From: Dehalococcoidia bacterium
Lineage (GTDB): Bacteria; Chloroflexota; Dehalococcoidia; Lucifugimonadales; CBDBON01
Assembly (NCBI GenBank): GCA_965208395.1
Contig: CBDBON010000003.1
Location: 242,422-274,421 of the forward strand
DNA length: 32,000 nucleotides
Direction of reading: 5' to 3'
The position numbers were made by a program, and so were the translations under genes. Below are positions 30,269-32,000 of this stretch, piece by piece (position 1 is the first letter of the stretch; each line of letters starts with the position of its first letter). The notes under the pieces were generated by a model. The model did no database searches. It saw nothing but the letters and a program-made list of their open reading frames with translations, and was not told the DNA's origin.

Positions 30269-31585
30269 ATGACATCCAGTATTGCGGATCGTGAGATGCG
30301 GACTTACGTCGAACGCTCCCCGAAGTCCAGGGAGATGTTCGAGGAGGCGAGACAGTACCTGCCGGACGGGGTGACGCGCGGGACGGGCTGGAAACCCTAC
30401 CCTCTCTACTGGCAGCGGGGCGAGGGCGTCCGCGTCTGGGATGTCGACGGGGTGGAGCGTATCGACTTCTTCGGAAACAACAGCGCGCTGCCGCTCGGTC
30501 ACGCGAACCCGGAGGTGGTCCGCGCGCTTCAGGAAAGAGTTGCCAACGGCGTCTCCTTCAACGCGCCTCACGAGGCGCACGTAAAGCTGGCGAAGATACT
30601 GTGCGAGCGGATCGAATCGGTCGAGAGGGTCCGCTTTACGAACTCTGGCACCGAGGCGACGATGAACTGCATACACGCCGCCCGGGCGTTCACAGGCAGG
30701 TCGAGGATCGCCAAAGTGGACGGAGCCTACCACGGTCTCTACGACACCGTGGCTGCGAACGGAGTGGGCGATCTGCGCTACCCGACGACGGTGTCGAATC
30801 TTCCCGGCGCGCCAAAAGCCGCTACAGAACAGATCGTCATGCTTCCCTTCAACGATCCGGATGCAGCGAGGGAGATCATCCTGCGGCACAGAGACGAGCT
30901 GGGCGCGGTGGTGGTCGAGCCGATGATGGGAGGCGCCGGATTCATTCCGGCGACGCGGGAATACCTGGAGGCTATCAGGGAGGTGACGAGCCGGGAGGGT
31001 ATCGTCCTGATCTTCGACGAGGTGTGCAGCCTCCGGGCCGGATACGGTGCGGGACAGGGTATGTTCGGCGTCTACCCGGACATGTCGGCCTTCGGCAAGT
31101 CGGTCGGAGGCGGCACCGCAATAGGGGCCTTCGGTGGGCGTAGAGACGTCATGGCCGTCTATGAGGAGAACTCGGGAGAGAACCATGTCGGGCATTCCGG
31201 ATCGTTCAACGGCAATCCGCTGAGCCTGACCTCCGGCGTCGCAACCTTCGAACAGATGACTCCAGAGGTGTACGAGCACCTGGACGGACTGGCGGAGCGC
31301 CTCAGGGAGGGCATTCGCGCGGTCTGCGGGGAGTTCGGAGTGCCTGTCCAGGTGACGGGGCTGGGGTCGCTCTTCTGCGTACACTTCAACGACCGCCCCA
31401 TCCTGAACAGGAGAGACACGCTGACGAACGACCGAGAGCGGGAGTGGCAGGTGTTCTACGGACTGCTGAATGAGGGTGTCTGGCCGTCGGTCGGACTGCT
31501 GGGGGCGGTATCGGCGCCGATGACGGACGGCGACGTGGACGCATATGCCGACGGACTCCGAGATGTCCTCGCGCGGAACCGGTGA
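30269..31585 (+). CDS. Class-III (GSA-aminomutase-like) PLP-dependent aminotransferase, second paralog
   Basis: ORF trimmed to ATG 30269 (MTSSIADREM...), preceded by AAGGAGG. Motifs: VRVWDVDGVERIDFFGNNSALPLGHANP, FTNSGTEATMNCIHAARAF, VDGAYHG, IFDEVCS, and a PLP lysine in MSAFGKSVGGG. Confidence 0.9.
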   Translation: MTSSIADREMRTYVERSPKSREMFEEARQYLPDGVTRGTGWKPYPLYWQRGEGVRVWDVDGVERIDFFGNNSALPLGHANPEVVRALQERVANGVSFNAPHEAHVKLAKILCERIESVERVRFTNSGTEATMNCIHAARAFTGRSRIAKVDGAYHGLYDTVAANGVGDLRYPTTVSNLPGAPKAATEQIVMLPFNDPDAAREIILRHRDELGAVVVEPMMGGAGFIPATREYLEAIREVTSREGIVLIFDEVCSLRAGYGAGQGMFGVYPDMSAFGKSVGGGTAIGAFGGRRDVMAVYEENSGENHVGHSGSFNGNPLSLTSGVATFEQMTPEVYEHLDGLAERLREGIRAVCGEFGVPVQVTGLGSLFCVHFNDRPILNRRDTLTNDREREWQVFYGLLNEGVWPSVGLLGAVSAPMTDGDVDAYADGLRDVLARNR

Positions 31586-31600
31586 GGCCGCTCTCACGGC

Positions 31601-32000
31601 ATGAAGCTGCATCTGATAGACGGCACTTACGAGCTGTTCAGGGCCCACTATGGGGCGCCTCCCACGTATGGATCGGACGGCCGTCCCGTCGGGGCGGTGC
31701 GCGGACTCACCCAGACGCTGCTGCTCCTTCTGCGCCAGCCCGGAGTCACTCATGTCGCCTGCGCCTTCGACACCGTAATCGAGTCGTTCCGGAACCGTAT
31801 GTTCGGAGGGTACAAGACGGGCGACGGAGTGCCCCCGGAGCTTATGGACCAGTTCCCTGTCGCCGAGCGCGCGGCGTCCTCTCTGGGGCTGACCGTGTGG
31901 CCTATGGTGGAGTTCGAGGCCGACGACGCCATCGCGACCGCGGCGAGAAGATGGAGGGACGAGGAGGGGTTGAGCCAGGTGGTGATCTGCTCGCCCGACA
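31601..32000 (+). CDS. 5'-3' exonuclease (FEN / Pol I N-terminal PIN-like domain family), N-terminal 133 codons; runs off the right window edge
   Basis: Absent from the ORF track because it is open at the edge. My translation from ATG 31601: MKLHLIDGTYELFRAHYGAPP...VACAFDTVIESFRNRMFGGYKTGDGVPPELMDQFPVAERAASSLGLTVWPMVEFEADDAIATAA. The [LI]DG..[LF]FR, AFD..SFR..YK and EADD acidic motifs are typical of this family. It starts 15 nt after the aminotransferase stop. Confidence 0.8.
   Translation, partial: MKLHLIDGTYELFRAHYGAPPTYGSDGRPVGAVRGLTQTLLLLLRQPGVTHVACAFDTVIESFRNRMFGGYKTGDGVPPELMDQFPVAERAASSLGLTVWPMVEFEADDAIATAARRWRDEEGLSQVVICSPD

Noticed and set aside
30131-31753. 540-aa minus-strand ORF opposite the second aminotransferase.
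   Set aside because: It is an antisense shadow. The plus-strand gene has the complete class-III aminotransferase motif set and an AAGGAGG SD. The minus-strand product is Arg/Pro-rich with no motifs.
1-32000. Scan for CRISPR arrays, tRNA/rRNA genes, transposases/integrases, reverse transcriptases, toxin-antitoxin pairs and known defence-system genes.
   Set aside because: I found no periodic repeat-spacer structure, and the only tandem repeat is the coding 2 x 90 bp. I found no tRNA-like T-arm (GGTTCGAATCC-type) sequences and no ORF with mobile-element or defence signatures. This was done by eye only, so short or divergent ncRNAs could have been missed.

Overview
High-GC (about 62-75% in spot counts) bacterial chromosomal segment. 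It is densely coding, and I support 28 protein genes, two of them open at the window edges and therefore absent from the ORF track. I found no rRNA, tRNA, CRISPR array, transposase, integrase or recognisable transcription-factor gene.

Gene content, left to right:
- lepA (partial).
- A hydantoinase/oxoprolinase A+B operon with a DUF418 membrane protein.
- A PEBP-like lipoprotein.
- A DM13 (Met-rich) / DCC thiol-oxidoreductase pair.
- A lower-GC block with a small orphan gene, a ~500-nt ORF-free leader and a cobalamin aminopropanol-arm operon (cbiB-cobD-cobQ-pduX). Here pduX is broken by a 1-nt frame shift.
- A membrane protein divergent from a DUF2207 fusion protein that carries a 2 x 90-bp in-frame tandem repeat.
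- A ClbS/DinB-like protein.
- A ~10-kb oxidative catabolic supercluster: FAD oxidoreductase, three luciferase-like (LLM) oxidoreductases, an MR-subgroup enolase, an alpha/beta hydrolase, a PPOX-type flavoprotein, a class-III aminotransferase and an FMN alpha-hydroxy-acid oxidase.
- A phosphoesterase / second aminotransferase / 5'-3' exonuclease group.

The gene repertoire and one SLSNH...PFDRLRANG-type intergenic hairpin element suggest a Chloroflexota (SAR202-like) origin, but this is inference only.

The most system-like candidate is the uncharacterised LLM/enolase/hydrolase/aminotransferase/hydroxy-acid-oxidase cluster. Its substrate cannot be read from the sequence. Many long ORFs in the track are antisense or off-frame shadows of real genes, as expected in high-GC DNA.
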